A DNA stretch of 64,000 nt from an uncultured Syntrophaceae bacterium (GTDB lineage Bacteria; Desulfobacterota; Syntrophia; Syntrophales; UBA2210), in assembly GCA_964610735.1 (NCBI GenBank), contig CAZSYH010000004.1:5299-69298 (forward strand). The letters run 5' to 3'. How positions within the stretch are numbered: position 1 is the first letter of the stretch; every line of letters starts with the position of its first letter. The notes under the pieces were generated by a model. The model was not told the origin of the DNA. It worked only from the letters and a program-made list of their open reading frames with translations, and made no database searches. Made by a program: the position numbers and the translations under genes. Below are positions 9,874-19,038 of the stretch, piece by piece.

Positions 9874-10380
9874 CTAATCCCTGTCTCTTTTTTCAATCGT
9901 GAATTTATCGTAGGTATCAAGGGGTGGAGTAAAAATAATTACCTTGTTTTCATCTACCATCTTAACCGGCATTCTTACCGACAGGATAGAATACCAGTCG
10001 CCGATGTCATTTCCTCTGTCATCTAAAATATCGAATCCGTACATCATCGAACCACAGTCCCCTGCCTTTGACTGCGTATTTTCTACAAGGCGCTTCAGCT
10101 TATCAGTCGTAAATTCTCTTTTCTTCCACAAATCTGAGACAAGGATGTATCCCTTATCAATACCCATAATGGCATTGGGACAGGAATCGGCACCGCTTAT
10201 ATAGTAATTGAGATTACTATTCACTATATAGGATTCAAATAGCCCTGTTACTTCTCTGCTCGGCGTTATACTGCCATATCTTCCGAAAAATTCGCCATGC
10301 ACGGAACAGGAAGTCAATAATAAGAGAATACAAACAAACCCCAGGACGCTGCTGAATGCTCTGCTCTTAATAGTGCACAT
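9874..10380 (-). CDS. Hypothetical lipoprotein
   Basis: Signal peptide plus lipobox 'LLTSC'. No recognisable domain. Confidence 0.45.
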   Translation of the reverse strand: MCTIKSRAFSSVLGFVCILLLLTSCSVHGEFFGRYGSITPSREVTGLFESYIVNSNLNYYISGADSCPNAIMGIDKGYILVSDLWKKREFTTDKLKRLVENTQSKAGDCGSMMYGFDILDDRGNDIGDWYSILSVRMPVKMVDENKVIIFTPPLDTYDKFTIEKRDRD

Positions 10381-10409
10381 TTGATAACCCCCCTAAAGCA
10401 GGCTTAACG

Positions 10410-10497
10410 TGGTGCCTGGGGAGAGAATCGAACTCTCACAGTGCTAAGCACCGAGGGATTTTAAGTCCCTTGCGTCTACCAATTCCGCCACCCAGGC
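10410..10497 (-). tRNA. tRNA-Leu (anticodon UAA), type II with long variable arm, CCA encoded
   Basis: The reverse complement folds as acceptor GCCTGGG/CCCAGGC, anticodon stem AGGGA/TCCCT with loop CTTAAAA, variable arm CGGTGCTTAGCACTGT, T-arm GAGAG-TTCGATT-CTCTC, and 3' ACCA. Confidence 0.9.
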
Positions 10498-10724
10498 ATA
10501 TAATACGCACATCTGACAGAAATCTGGTGAATTCGGCCTTCGGCGCTAATTCACCTCACCCTGCCTGTAATTTCAAAGCAGTTACTATTATTTTTAAAAA
10601 AACATGTCAAGATTATATTAGACAGGACAAGCCGCAAAAATCAAAAGTCACCATAGAACTCTTTCGGAATGAAGGGACGTATTATAGATCGCATGGCCTG
10701 ATCTGAAGGGGTCATAGAGATATT

Positions 10725-11867
10725 TTAGCGCTTCCGGCCCGAGTATTCCACTATGGAAACAAGAATAGTAACCAGAAAGGCCTGGATGACAAGTAGTATG
10801 CCGTCAATCGGTCTCGCGTAACGAAGGGCTATAGCGCTGATACCCAGTGTCGCGCACAGAAAATAGATAAATAAAACGGCCTTTCTTTTATCGCCAAGTA
10901 ACGTATACAATCGATGATGAATGTGATCGGTACCAACATAGTCGATCCATTCCCTCAGGCTTTTTACCTTGCCGGTCACGATCCTTTCCACCGTTGTGTA
11001 GGCCATATCGTATATCAACACCCAGAAGATCAGCACAGGCGCGGAAAACGATACGATCCGGCTGCTGTCCGACCAGTCGCCCTTGATGGCCAGGGCGGCC
11101 AGCATAAAACCGATAAAAGTGCTCCCCGTATCACCGAGATATATGGAAGCAGATCTCTTTAACCCAAAATTAAAGGGGAGAAAACCGAGGCAGCTTCCCA
11201 TCATGGCTATGGCAATCCACCCCATGAAGGACTGATCGGTCTGAAATGCCACCACCCCCATAAACATGGACATAATCGCGCCAACACCCGCTGCAAGACC
11301 GTCCATGCCGTCAATAAAATTCATGGCGTTTGTCAGCCCGATAATCCAGAGAATCGTAAATAAAACATTCAACCAGTATCCCCATAAGGTATGCGGAAAC
11401 AGATTCAATACAATTCCGGAGTGAATCAAAATAAGAACAACGAGAATCTGGACAAACAGCTTCAGTCTGGCCGATACACCCCGCCAATCATCCACCACCC
11501 CCATCAGGGCAACAACAACCCCTCCGCAGAGCAGAAGAACAACACTCCTTTCCAGGATCATATTCGCCAGAAGAGCGGCAATGAAGGCCACAACGATTGC
11601 GACACCTCCAAGAAGTGGCGTGGCTTTTTCATGAATCTTCCGCCCCCCGGGTATATCAACAATCTTTAATTTCAGGGCAACAAGCCGCATCACCGGGGTC
11701 AATATAGCTGAAACAGAAAAAGAAAACAGAAAGATATAGAGCCATCTTACACCAATGTCAGTAAAATGGCTGCGGGACCACGGAAGAAAAAGCGCGGCAA
11801 GAGTAACAAAAGAAACATACCAGACAACACGCCTTAATGATATTCCCTGGAAATTTGAATCAAACAT
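10725..11867 (-). CDS. Polyprenyl-phosphate HexNAc-1-phosphate transferase (MraY/WecA GT4 family), initiating enzyme
   Basis: About 10 TM segments. Motifs 'NAMNFIDGMDGLAAG' and 'LGDTGSTFIGFML'. Confidence 0.85.
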   Translation of the reverse strand: MFDSNFQGISLRRVVWYVSFVTLAALFLPWSRSHFTDIGVRWLYIFLFSFSVSAILTPVMRLVALKLKIVDIPGGRKIHEKATPLLGGVAIVVAFIAALLANMILERSVVLLLCGGVVVALMGVVDDWRGVSARLKLFVQILVVLILIHSGIVLNLFPHTLWGYWLNVLFTILWIIGLTNAMNFIDGMDGLAAGVGAIMSMFMGVVAFQTDQSFMGWIAIAMMGSCLGFLPFNFGLKRSASIYLGDTGSTFIGFMLAALAIKGDWSDSSRIVSFSAPVLIFWVLIYDMAYTTVERIVTGKVKSLREWIDYVGTDHIHHRLYTLLGDKRKAVLFIYFLCATLGISAIALRYARPIDGILLVIQAFLVTILVSIVEYSGRKR

Positions 11868-11936
11868 GGTCCTTCTCTTTCAGCTTTGAGCTTGTTTTTC
11901 TCTTTTCTCTTTGAGCTTTGGACTTCTATTCGCTCT

Positions 11937-11992
11937 GACCACTGATCACTGACCACTGATCACTGACCCCTGATCACTGACCACTGACCCCT
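11937..11992 (-). repeat. Heptamer tandem array 2 (8 units, AGTGNNN family, sense on minus strand)
   Basis: Plus strand reads GACCACT GATCACT GACCACT GATCACT GACCCCT GATCACT GACCACT GACCCCT. On the minus strand this is AGTGGTC/AGTGATC/AGGGGTC. Confidence 0.9.
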
Positions 11993-12007
11993 ATTTTTGC
12001 CTTCAAC

Positions 12008-13057
12008 CTACAGCCTTAACCCCATCAGTCTGTCCACCATGCCACCGGTAATCTTGCGCGCCTCTTCATCTTTCAATGAAGGATAAAGCGGGATGGATAC
12101 CGCCCGAGCCATCGCTTCCTCTGCAGCAGGGTATCCGAACAGGCCGAGATATTCGTGCAGCGGTTTGAACACGGGTCTTCTGCACCCAATTCCCAGTTTC
12201 AGCATCTCTTTTATAAATCCGGAGGAATCGTCAAGGGACAAGACATACCTGTAATAAATGTGTTCTCTGCCCTCCGGAACAGATGGAAACGGAAAGGAGA
12301 TATTTCTCAGGCTTTTGTCATAAAGCCCGGCAATCTCTCTTCTTCTCTCAATAAACGACGGCAGCTTTTTCAGCTGGCTGATCCCCAGCGCCGCCTGCAT
12401 ATCGGTCATCTTGTAGTTATATCTTACCGAATAGCCATCTTTTTCGTCATAATCTCTTAGCCCTCTTGCAACTCCGGTAAGCCTGTCATCATCCGACAGG
12501 ATCATCCCCCCTTCACCGGTTGCAAGCATTTTGGTGGCATAAAAAGAAAATATGGAACAGACACCAAAACTCCCCGTATATCGGCCCTGATACTTCGCCC
12601 CGATGGATTGGGCGCAATCCTCAATAACAGGGATACCCAGCGACATAATCTCATTGATCTCTGCCGGAAGGCCGAACATGTGGGGAACAATGATCGCCTT
12701 TGTCCTTTTTGTTATCCTCTTTTTCAGATCATCAACATCTATATTGAATGTGGTTCTGTCTATATCGGCAATAACAGGAACGGCATTTACATACAGGACA
12801 GCATTGAGAAGAGCGGAGCAGACATAACTCGGAATAATGACCTCATCGCCCTTCCCTGCTCCAAGAGCAATCAGTGAAAGATGAAGGGCCGACGTGCCTG
12901 AGCTGACGGCAACACCGTTTCTGACCCCGGCAAATGAGGAAAGGGCATCCTCAAATCCAGCAACCTGTTCACCTTGGACAAGCTGGCCCGATTCCAGGAC
13001 ATCCATAACGCTTCTGTAGTCATCTACGCCCAGAGTTGGCTTTGAGTGAGTAATCAT
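12008..13057 (-). CDS. DegT/DnrJ/EryC1/StrS-family PLP-dependent sugar aminotransferase
   Basis: 'VSSGTSALHLSLIALG', 'VIEDCAQSIGA', and 'FSFYATKMLATGEGGMI' (the PLP lysine). Confidence 0.85.
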   Translation of the reverse strand: MITHSKPTLGVDDYRSVMDVLESGQLVQGEQVAGFEDALSSFAGVRNGVAVSSGTSALHLSLIALGAGKGDEVIIPSYVCSALLNAVLYVNAVPVIADIDRTTFNIDVDDLKKRITKRTKAIIVPHMFGLPAEINEIMSLGIPVIEDCAQSIGAKYQGRYTGSFGVCSIFSFYATKMLATGEGGMILSDDDRLTGVARGLRDYDEKDGYSVRYNYKMTDMQAALGISQLKKLPSFIERRREIAGLYDKSLRNISFPFPSVPEGREHIYYRYVLSLDDSSGFIKEMLKLGIGCRRPVFKPLHEYLGLFGYPAAEEAMARAVSIPLYPSLKDEEARKITGGMVDRLMGLRL

Positions 13058-13080
13058 AAGTTATCCCGCGACGAACTCCA

Positions 13081-13698
13081 TTATATATTCAAAAACAACC
13101 TGAGCGGCACAAACCCCTCCGCCAGATGAACCCTTCCCTGGATTCCCCTGAAAACCGCCGTGGATCTCGCGGCATCAACTATGGACAATCCCTCAATATT
13201 TGTCTTTGCCGCCTGGGACTCGTGGGCCAGCAGCGCGTCCATCTTGCCATCTATTTGATCCCTGATATCCACAAACACGGATGGCAAAAAATTCTGTGTG
13301 GTGGGCACCTCATAAAAAAGGACATTTCGTGTGTATCGTGAAGCGGAGATAGCGGCCTTGCACAGCGCCCTGTGATCCTGATGGCTGTCGTCGCCGTAAT
13401 TAACAAAAAAGAAATCAGGTTTTATTTTCTTTAAAAGCGTTTCAATATCAACAACCATATCATTAATACTGGGTGTAAGCTGGGTATCTTCATATCCGCC
13501 CCAGACCAGATCCCTGGCCTTCAGAATCTCCGCGGACCTGATCTGCTCTGCCTTTCTTATTTCTGTCTCTCCCCCTTTTCCACCCATCGTCATAACCATC
13601 AGATACAGGTCATCGCCGGAACTGGTGTATTTCAGAAAATTGCCCGCGCAACCAATTTCAATATCATCAGGATGGGGCCCTACGGCAAGTATTTTCAT
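13081..13698 (-). CDS. PIG-L/LmbE-family N-acetyl-sugar deacetylase
   Basis: 'KILAVGPHPDDIEIGCAG' and 'HQDHRA'. Start placed at ATG 13698, preceded by GAGGGGGG. The ORF track extends to 13743. Confidence 0.8.
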   Translation of the reverse strand: MKILAVGPHPDDIEIGCAGNFLKYTSSGDDLYLMVMTMGGKGGETEIRKAEQIRSAEILKARDLVWGGYEDTQLTPSINDMVVDIETLLKKIKPDFFFVNYGDDSHQDHRALCKAAISASRYTRNVLFYEVPTTQNFLPSVFVDIRDQIDGKMDALLAHESQAAKTNIEGLSIVDAARSTAVFRGIQGRVHLAEGFVPLRLFLNI

Positions 13699-13779
13699 GA
13701 TTCCCCCCTCAATCCCCGATAAACGGGATAAGTGCGTTAACAAAATTATTTTCTGACAGAAAAATGCAGAAAATAATTT

Positions 13780-14457
13780 CTAACTTACTAATATCTCAAG
13801 GCTCTTTTCTCCATGGTTATAAATCAGATCAACAACCGACATAAACGGCTCAAAATCGCCAAAGCGCTGATCGTAAACAGGATGCCTGTATTCCTGAAAA
13901 ATGACTTCAATTCCAGCCCTGTCATATTTCTCCATATCCATGTATCCCTTTCCACCGCCTCCCGCCAGATAGATATCCGAATTAAAATGCTTCGTCAATG
14001 CAATCAGTCTTTCATCCGGGTCTTCAGGAAACTCGCCAAGCTCAGAGGCAACATGGATGGGCGTCGTAATACCCAGCAATCCGGCAAGTCTCTTCACCAC
14101 GTGAATATTCAGTTGAGAAACGTACTGCCACTCAGAAGAAAATATCTCTTCAAAAAATTCCTCAAGCAAAGACCAAAAGGGAGTCTTTTTATAGTTCGAG
14201 ATAATTGTCTGCCTCTGACGGTGCTGCCATTTATCCTTGTTGTTAATCTCAACCTCGTTTATTAATTGAGGATATCTATACATAACAGGAACGGTAAGCC
14301 ATTGCCAGCCATTTGCGGTCTTAATCTTGTTCCTGTTCTGCCATTCATTCTTCTTGAACTGAACATTATCAAGCAGGACAAAAATATCCGCCTTGTCAAT
14401 CTTGTCAAAATAACCGAGCCACGGCAGATATTGAGGTTGATGCACGGAAATGATCAT
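13780..14457 (-). CDS. WbqC-family protein
   Basis: N-terminus 'MIISVHQPQYLPWLGYFDKI...LLDNVQFKKNEWQNRNKI' is characteristic of WbqC-like proteins in O-antigen loci. Confidence 0.75.
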   Translation of the reverse strand: MIISVHQPQYLPWLGYFDKIDKADIFVLLDNVQFKKNEWQNRNKIKTANGWQWLTVPVMYRYPQLINEVEINNKDKWQHRQRQTIISNYKKTPFWSLLEEFFEEIFSSEWQYVSQLNIHVVKRLAGLLGITTPIHVASELGEFPEDPDERLIALTKHFNSDIYLAGGGGKGYMDMEKYDRAGIEVIFQEYRHPVYDQRFGDFEPFMSVVDLIYNHGEKSLEILVS

Positions 14458-15908
14458 CGTTGTCCCTCAAACTTTACAAAAATTGGGTTGGAAACAAGTG
14501 TACCGCATCCACACATATCCATCCTGTAATATACCTTCTCGCCGGCCTGAAAATACCTGTCCTCATAATCAATCTGCATAGGCAGCGTTCCTTCGAAGGT
14601 CTTGATCAATTCTCCCGACCTTATCAATCGAACTTTTACTTTTCTCCCTGAAGTTTCAGCGACCGAAAGGGAAATATTGATCCTGGGATTACCTTTTAGC
14701 ACAATTTCATCCCCTGAAATGCCCTCATTTTTACCGTCGTTTGAACAGACAGAGAATTCATCAAGCCTGACACCCTGCAGATAATTCCCCTGATAGGCGT
14801 AGATCTTCCCATTTTTCAGCGCTTCCATAACGCCTTTCCTGCTTTTCTCCTGAAGAAGAAAAATAGTCGGGAAATTTCCCAGTTTTTCCCCTGCCCCGCC
14901 TTCCTCATGAAAATCCGCAGTAGATATTCCCCAGACTGGCCTGCTTCTTTTCCCCCTGCAATATGCGGTCAAAAGTCTATCCCATACACTTCCCGGTTCA
15001 GTGAGAGTGATATTGTCTCCGTAAAGAGCGGCAAATCCTGTATAGCCATCAGATTCCTCCAGTACTTCCGGATGAGGGGGCGTATCAACCAAAATCGGCC
15101 CCATTTTTCTGACACCAGAGTTTGTTTCGGGGTAGTTCCAGAAAGTCAGCCCGCCTCTCGAATTCACGTAATCTGTCAGAAGCCGGTAAGGGGCCATCCC
15201 CTGGTCGCCGTGATACTGGTCAAAAGGAGAACTACGAAACATATTACTGTTTGCAATGGAGGCGACGCACCAAATTAAAATTATGATACCGGCAATCCTG
15301 TAGAAGCCCCTCCATTTCATCAAAAACACGGCCAGTACAAAAACAACAAAAAATAATAAAATCTCAGGAATCGCCGTTCTCAGATATCGTGTAGAAAAAT
15401 CGTTGTGCAAAATCGGAAGATCTTCATAATCTTCGGGGTTTTCCATCCCTATGGTTAAAATTCGTCTTTCATGGCTGTGGGCGGTAAGATTCTTTTTGAA
15501 ATAGGAGCCGGTCCAGTAATAAAAAGCGGCAGTCTCTGAACCGGGAATAATGACCATATCGGGGTACTTTTGCTGCACTTCTCTGATTGAATCGATATAG
15601 GCTTTTGCGCCATTTGTGTTTATGGAAGGCAGCTCTACCCTTTTTCTGAGTATATTCCTGAAAGGTGGCACACCGTATTCAATGACCAGCCTGTCGTGGT
15701 CATTGATAACAAGAACCTCAAATCCCCTGTCCTTTGCCATTTTTACAAGGGTTTCTATCTCATAAGCCCCGTCACTGAACGTACTGCGAAGGTCAATCAG
15801 GCCGGAAACCTGCTGATATGGAACCCCGTGGGCGATAACGGGCAAAAACAATAATGCAACAATCGAAAGCATAAGGAGACATTTTTTTGTTTTGAAGGTT
15901 TTTCCCAT
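14454..15908 (-). CDS. Membrane-anchored PHP-like (degenerate) domain protein
   Basis: Signal peptide, then 'IDLRSTFSDGAYEIETLVKMAKDRGFEVLVINDHD'. This resembles the PHP N-terminal motif DLHxHTxxSDG, but both His are replaced. Two internal TM helices. 'ISTADFHEEG' near the C-terminus. Confidence 0.4.
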   Translation of the reverse strand: MGKTFKTKKCLLMLSIVALLFLPVIAHGVPYQQVSGLIDLRSTFSDGAYEIETLVKMAKDRGFEVLVINDHDRLVIEYGVPPFRNILRKRVELPSINTNGAKAYIDSIREVQQKYPDMVIIPGSETAAFYYWTGSYFKKNLTAHSHERRILTIGMENPEDYEDLPILHNDFSTRYLRTAIPEILLFFVVFVLAVFLMKWRGFYRIAGIIILIWCVASIANSNMFRSSPFDQYHGDQGMAPYRLLTDYVNSRGGLTFWNYPETNSGVRKMGPILVDTPPHPEVLEESDGYTGFAALYGDNITLTEPGSVWDRLLTAYCRGKRSRPVWGISTADFHEEGGAGEKLGNFPTIFLLQEKSRKGVMEALKNGKIYAYQGNYLQGVRLDEFSVCSNDGKNEGISGDEIVLKGNPRINISLSVAETSGRKVKVRLIRSGELIKTFEGTLPMQIDYEDRYFQAGEKVYYRMDMCGCGTLVSNPIFVKFEGQR

Positions 15909-15930
15909 ATCAGATCGCTATGTCCTTCTT

Positions 15931-17103
15931 CTACAACAACTCCCGGTACAACCGATCAATCTTTTCCACCATCGCATCTGCGCTGAAATTGGCAGCATAT
16001 CTTTTCCCTGCATTCCCCATCTCTTCCCTTTTCCAGGGATCATCAAGAAACTCTCTTATCCTTGCGGTCAAGGCCTCTACATCACCGACAGGGACCAGAT
16101 ACCCGTTTTCACCGTCAGCTACAAGATCAGGAATCCCACCTATATCACTTGCCAGGATTGGTTTCCCCAATGCCATAGCTTCAACAAGTACCCTCCCCAT
16201 TCCCTCATTCAGCGAAGGAAGGACAAACACATCAAATATGGACATTACCTCTGCCACATCCTGCCGCCAACCCAGAAATTTTATATTTTCTTCTATACCA
16301 GATATTGAGGCCATATTCTTGAGCTCGTCTAAAAGCTCACCATCGCCCAAAAAAACAAAAGTTGTATCCGGCCTGGAACTAATAATTTTCCCTGCCGCCT
16401 CAATCAGGTATCTGTGTCCTTTTATATGCGTTAGCCTGCCAGTTGTGCCAACGACAAAATTGCCTTCGGGAATCTCAAGCTCTTTTTTCATTGCCGCTGG
16501 ATCAACAGAAGTATTGGAGAATCTATCCAGATTGATTCCACTATGCACCACTGAGAATTTATTCTCGGGAGCAATATGGAAGTGAAGATGATCGTTTTTC
16601 TCCTGTTCCGTGAGCACGACAAGTCTGTCTGTAATAAGTGCGGAAATTTTCTCCAGGAGGATAAAGATTCCGGTTTTCAACCTGCCAAAGTACCCCCAGA
16701 ATACGTGGCCGTGCGGCGTGTGAACAATGACCGGAACTCTTGCAAAAAACGCCGCCCATCTGCCCAGTATTCCAGCCTTGGAAGTATGAGTATGGACAAT
16801 ATGGGGGCGCTCATATCGCAGTATTTTAATCAGGGCAAAAAATGCCTTCAAATCGTAGAAAGGTTGGATTCTTCTTACAAGACTGGGAATAGTTATAACC
16901 CTGACCCCCTCCCCTTCCACATCTCTTACGCTTTTTTCTACAGCTATGGATTCATCTTCCGCCATGTTTGACTCAATGGAAAGCCCTCTAATCAGGATGA
17001 TATCATATATTTCCTTATCAAGACCGCCTACAGTCAAAAGGGTATTCTCGGCAGAACCTCCCTTGTCCAGGCGGGTAATAATATGAACCGTTTTGATCTT
17101 CAA
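15931..17103 (-). CDS. Glycosyltransferase family 4 (GT-B)
   Basis: 'LPSLNEGMGRVLVEAMALGKPILASDIGGIPDLV' (EX7E region). Confidence 0.85.
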   Translation of the reverse strand: MKIKTVHIITRLDKGGSAENTLLTVGGLDKEIYDIILIRGLSIESNMAEDESIAVEKSVRDVEGEGVRVITIPSLVRRIQPFYDLKAFFALIKILRYERPHIVHTHTSKAGILGRWAAFFARVPVIVHTPHGHVFWGYFGRLKTGIFILLEKISALITDRLVVLTEQEKNDHLHFHIAPENKFSVVHSGINLDRFSNTSVDPAAMKKELEIPEGNFVVGTTGRLTHIKGHRYLIEAAGKIISSRPDTTFVFLGDGELLDELKNMASISGIEENIKFLGWRQDVAEVMSIFDVFVLPSLNEGMGRVLVEAMALGKPILASDIGGIPDLVADGENGYLVPVGDVEALTARIREFLDDPWKREEMGNAGKRYAANFSADAMVEKIDRLYRELL

Positions 17104-19019
17104 GATTGCTGCCCTTCCATATAGCGGGAATACCAGACCTGAAATACTATTAGATTCCAGACCTGCCAGGACGTATCAGTTTGATTTGAAACGAGATTAT
17201 TGATCAGATTTCTAATAATATTATAATCAAAAATGCCCTGCCTGACGATCAGGTCTCTCGACAGATATTCGTCAATCAAATATTTCAAGTCAGACTTCAG
17301 CCACTTGCTGACCGGCATTTCAAACCCCCATTTCGGCCTGTTATGCAGAGATTCCGGCAAAATATCCTTAAAGGTTTCCAGCAGTACATACTTCCCCTTC
17401 CCATTTTTGATTTTCCGATTACCGCTGATGGTAAAGGCCATCTCACACACTCGATGGTCGAGAAAGGGAACCCTGACTTCAAGGGAATGCAACATACTCA
17501 TGGAGTCAACCTTTTTCAACATATCTCCGGGAAGCGATTCTTTTACATCCGCGTAGAGCATCCGGTTAATGTCATCGGCATTTATCTCGTTTAACCTTTC
17601 CGACAATATTTTCTTTCCGAGGTCGTGGTTTATTTCTGCGGATCCGGCAAAAATGCTCTTTCTTAAATCCCTGGAAAATATCTCATTCCATGCAAAAAAA
17701 CGTTCTCCAAGGCTTTCTTTCCCTGCCCCCCTTAAAAATTTTTTCAATCTTCTGATATGTTCCGGCAGTTTCTGATCCCGCGATTCGGGAAAAGATAAAA
17801 AGACGGGCTCTATGACTTTTTTACGTATGAATGAAGGGATCTTCTGATACCTTGAGCGCCATGCCTCCCCTGTGTACATCCTGTATCCGGCAAACAGTTC
17901 ATCCCCACCGTCACCGGAGAGAGCAACCTTGACATCGTTGCCCGTCTCCCTCGATACAACAAACATTGGAACCGCCGAAGAATCGGCAAACGGTTCATCA
18001 AAAGAGTTAATAACATCAGGAATAGCGTCTATAACATCCTGCGAACCGAGTTTAATTTCATGATGATCGGTATTATTTAAAACGGCTACTTCTCTGGCAT
18101 ATCCGGTCTCGTCAAACATGGGCATATCTTTATAACCGATTGAATAGGTCTTTACCGGTTTACTGGAATTCCTCGCCATAAGCCCGACAATAATGCTTGA
18201 ATCAATCCCGCCGCTCAAAAATGCGCCCAGTGGGACATCCGCAATCATTCGCATCCTGACCGCATCTTCAAGGAGCTTGAACAGCTCATCCTTCTGAGTG
18301 ACAAAATCCTTTTGGACAGCTCCATCTCTGCGATCATCTATATTCCAGTATTCTTTCTCCTCTATTTTCCCATTGCTGAATGTCAGGATATGCCCCGGCC
18401 TGAGCTTTTTTACACCTTTAAATATGGTATAGGGGGCCGTAATAGAATTGAAGGTAAGATAGATTCCAAGAGCATCCCAGTCAATCTCTCTTGGAACGTC
18501 CGAGTCCTGCAGTATCCCCTTTATCTCCGAAGCGAAAATTAAAGATCCCTTGTCCCAATAGTAAACGAGGGGTTTAATACCCAGACGGTCTCTGCACAGG
18601 AAAAGCATCCGCGATCTTTCGTCCCATATCGCAAAGGCAAACATGCCGGCAAGTTTTTTTACACCATCAATCCCCTCTTCTTCATAAAGATGGATTACAA
18701 CCTCACAATCCGTCTGCGAACTGAAGTTGTGTCCTTTCTTTTCGAGTTCCGCCCTCAAAGACTGGAAATTGTAGATTTCTCCATTAAACACCATCCAGAC
18801 AGTCTTGTCTTCATTAGACATCGGCTGCCGGCCGGCCTCGGATAAATCAATAATGCTGAGTCTCCGGTGTCCCAGGCCTATGCTCAGATCCGGCAGGTGA
18901 TTCAGATAGGCCCCGTCGTCATCCGGCCCGCGATGTGAAAGAACAGAGGCCATCTTGTAGATCAGTTTCTCTTCTACCGGCCTGCCATCTATTCTTAATT
19001 TTCCGCAGATTCCGCACAT
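17100..19019 (-). CDS. Asparagine synthase (glutamine-hydrolysing) family amidotransferase
   Basis: N-terminal nucleophile 'MCGICG', 'HRGPDD', and PP-loop 'AFLSGGIDSS'. The 639-aa length is typical for EPS-locus AsnB paralogs. Confidence 0.85.
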   Translation of the reverse strand: MCGICGKLRIDGRPVEEKLIYKMASVLSHRGPDDDGAYLNHLPDLSIGLGHRRLSIIDLSEAGRQPMSNEDKTVWMVFNGEIYNFQSLRAELEKKGHNFSSQTDCEVVIHLYEEEGIDGVKKLAGMFAFAIWDERSRMLFLCRDRLGIKPLVYYWDKGSLIFASEIKGILQDSDVPREIDWDALGIYLTFNSITAPYTIFKGVKKLRPGHILTFSNGKIEEKEYWNIDDRRDGAVQKDFVTQKDELFKLLEDAVRMRMIADVPLGAFLSGGIDSSIIVGLMARNSSKPVKTYSIGYKDMPMFDETGYAREVAVLNNTDHHEIKLGSQDVIDAIPDVINSFDEPFADSSAVPMFVVSRETGNDVKVALSGDGGDELFAGYRMYTGEAWRSRYQKIPSFIRKKVIEPVFLSFPESRDQKLPEHIRRLKKFLRGAGKESLGERFFAWNEIFSRDLRKSIFAGSAEINHDLGKKILSERLNEINADDINRMLYADVKESLPGDMLKKVDSMSMLHSLEVRVPFLDHRVCEMAFTISGNRKIKNGKGKYVLLETFKDILPESLHNRPKWGFEMPVSKWLKSDLKYLIDEYLSRDLIVRQGIFDYNIIRNLINNLVSNQTDTSWQVWNLIVFQVWYSRYMEGQQS

Positions 19020-19038
19020 AATTAATAACCGTTTACAG

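Noticed and set aside
15920-16585. A 221-aa plus-strand ORF opposite the GT4 glycosyltransferase.
   Set aside because: It is antisense to a gene with clear GT-B motifs, and its Ser/Pro-rich composition is typical of shadow ORFs.
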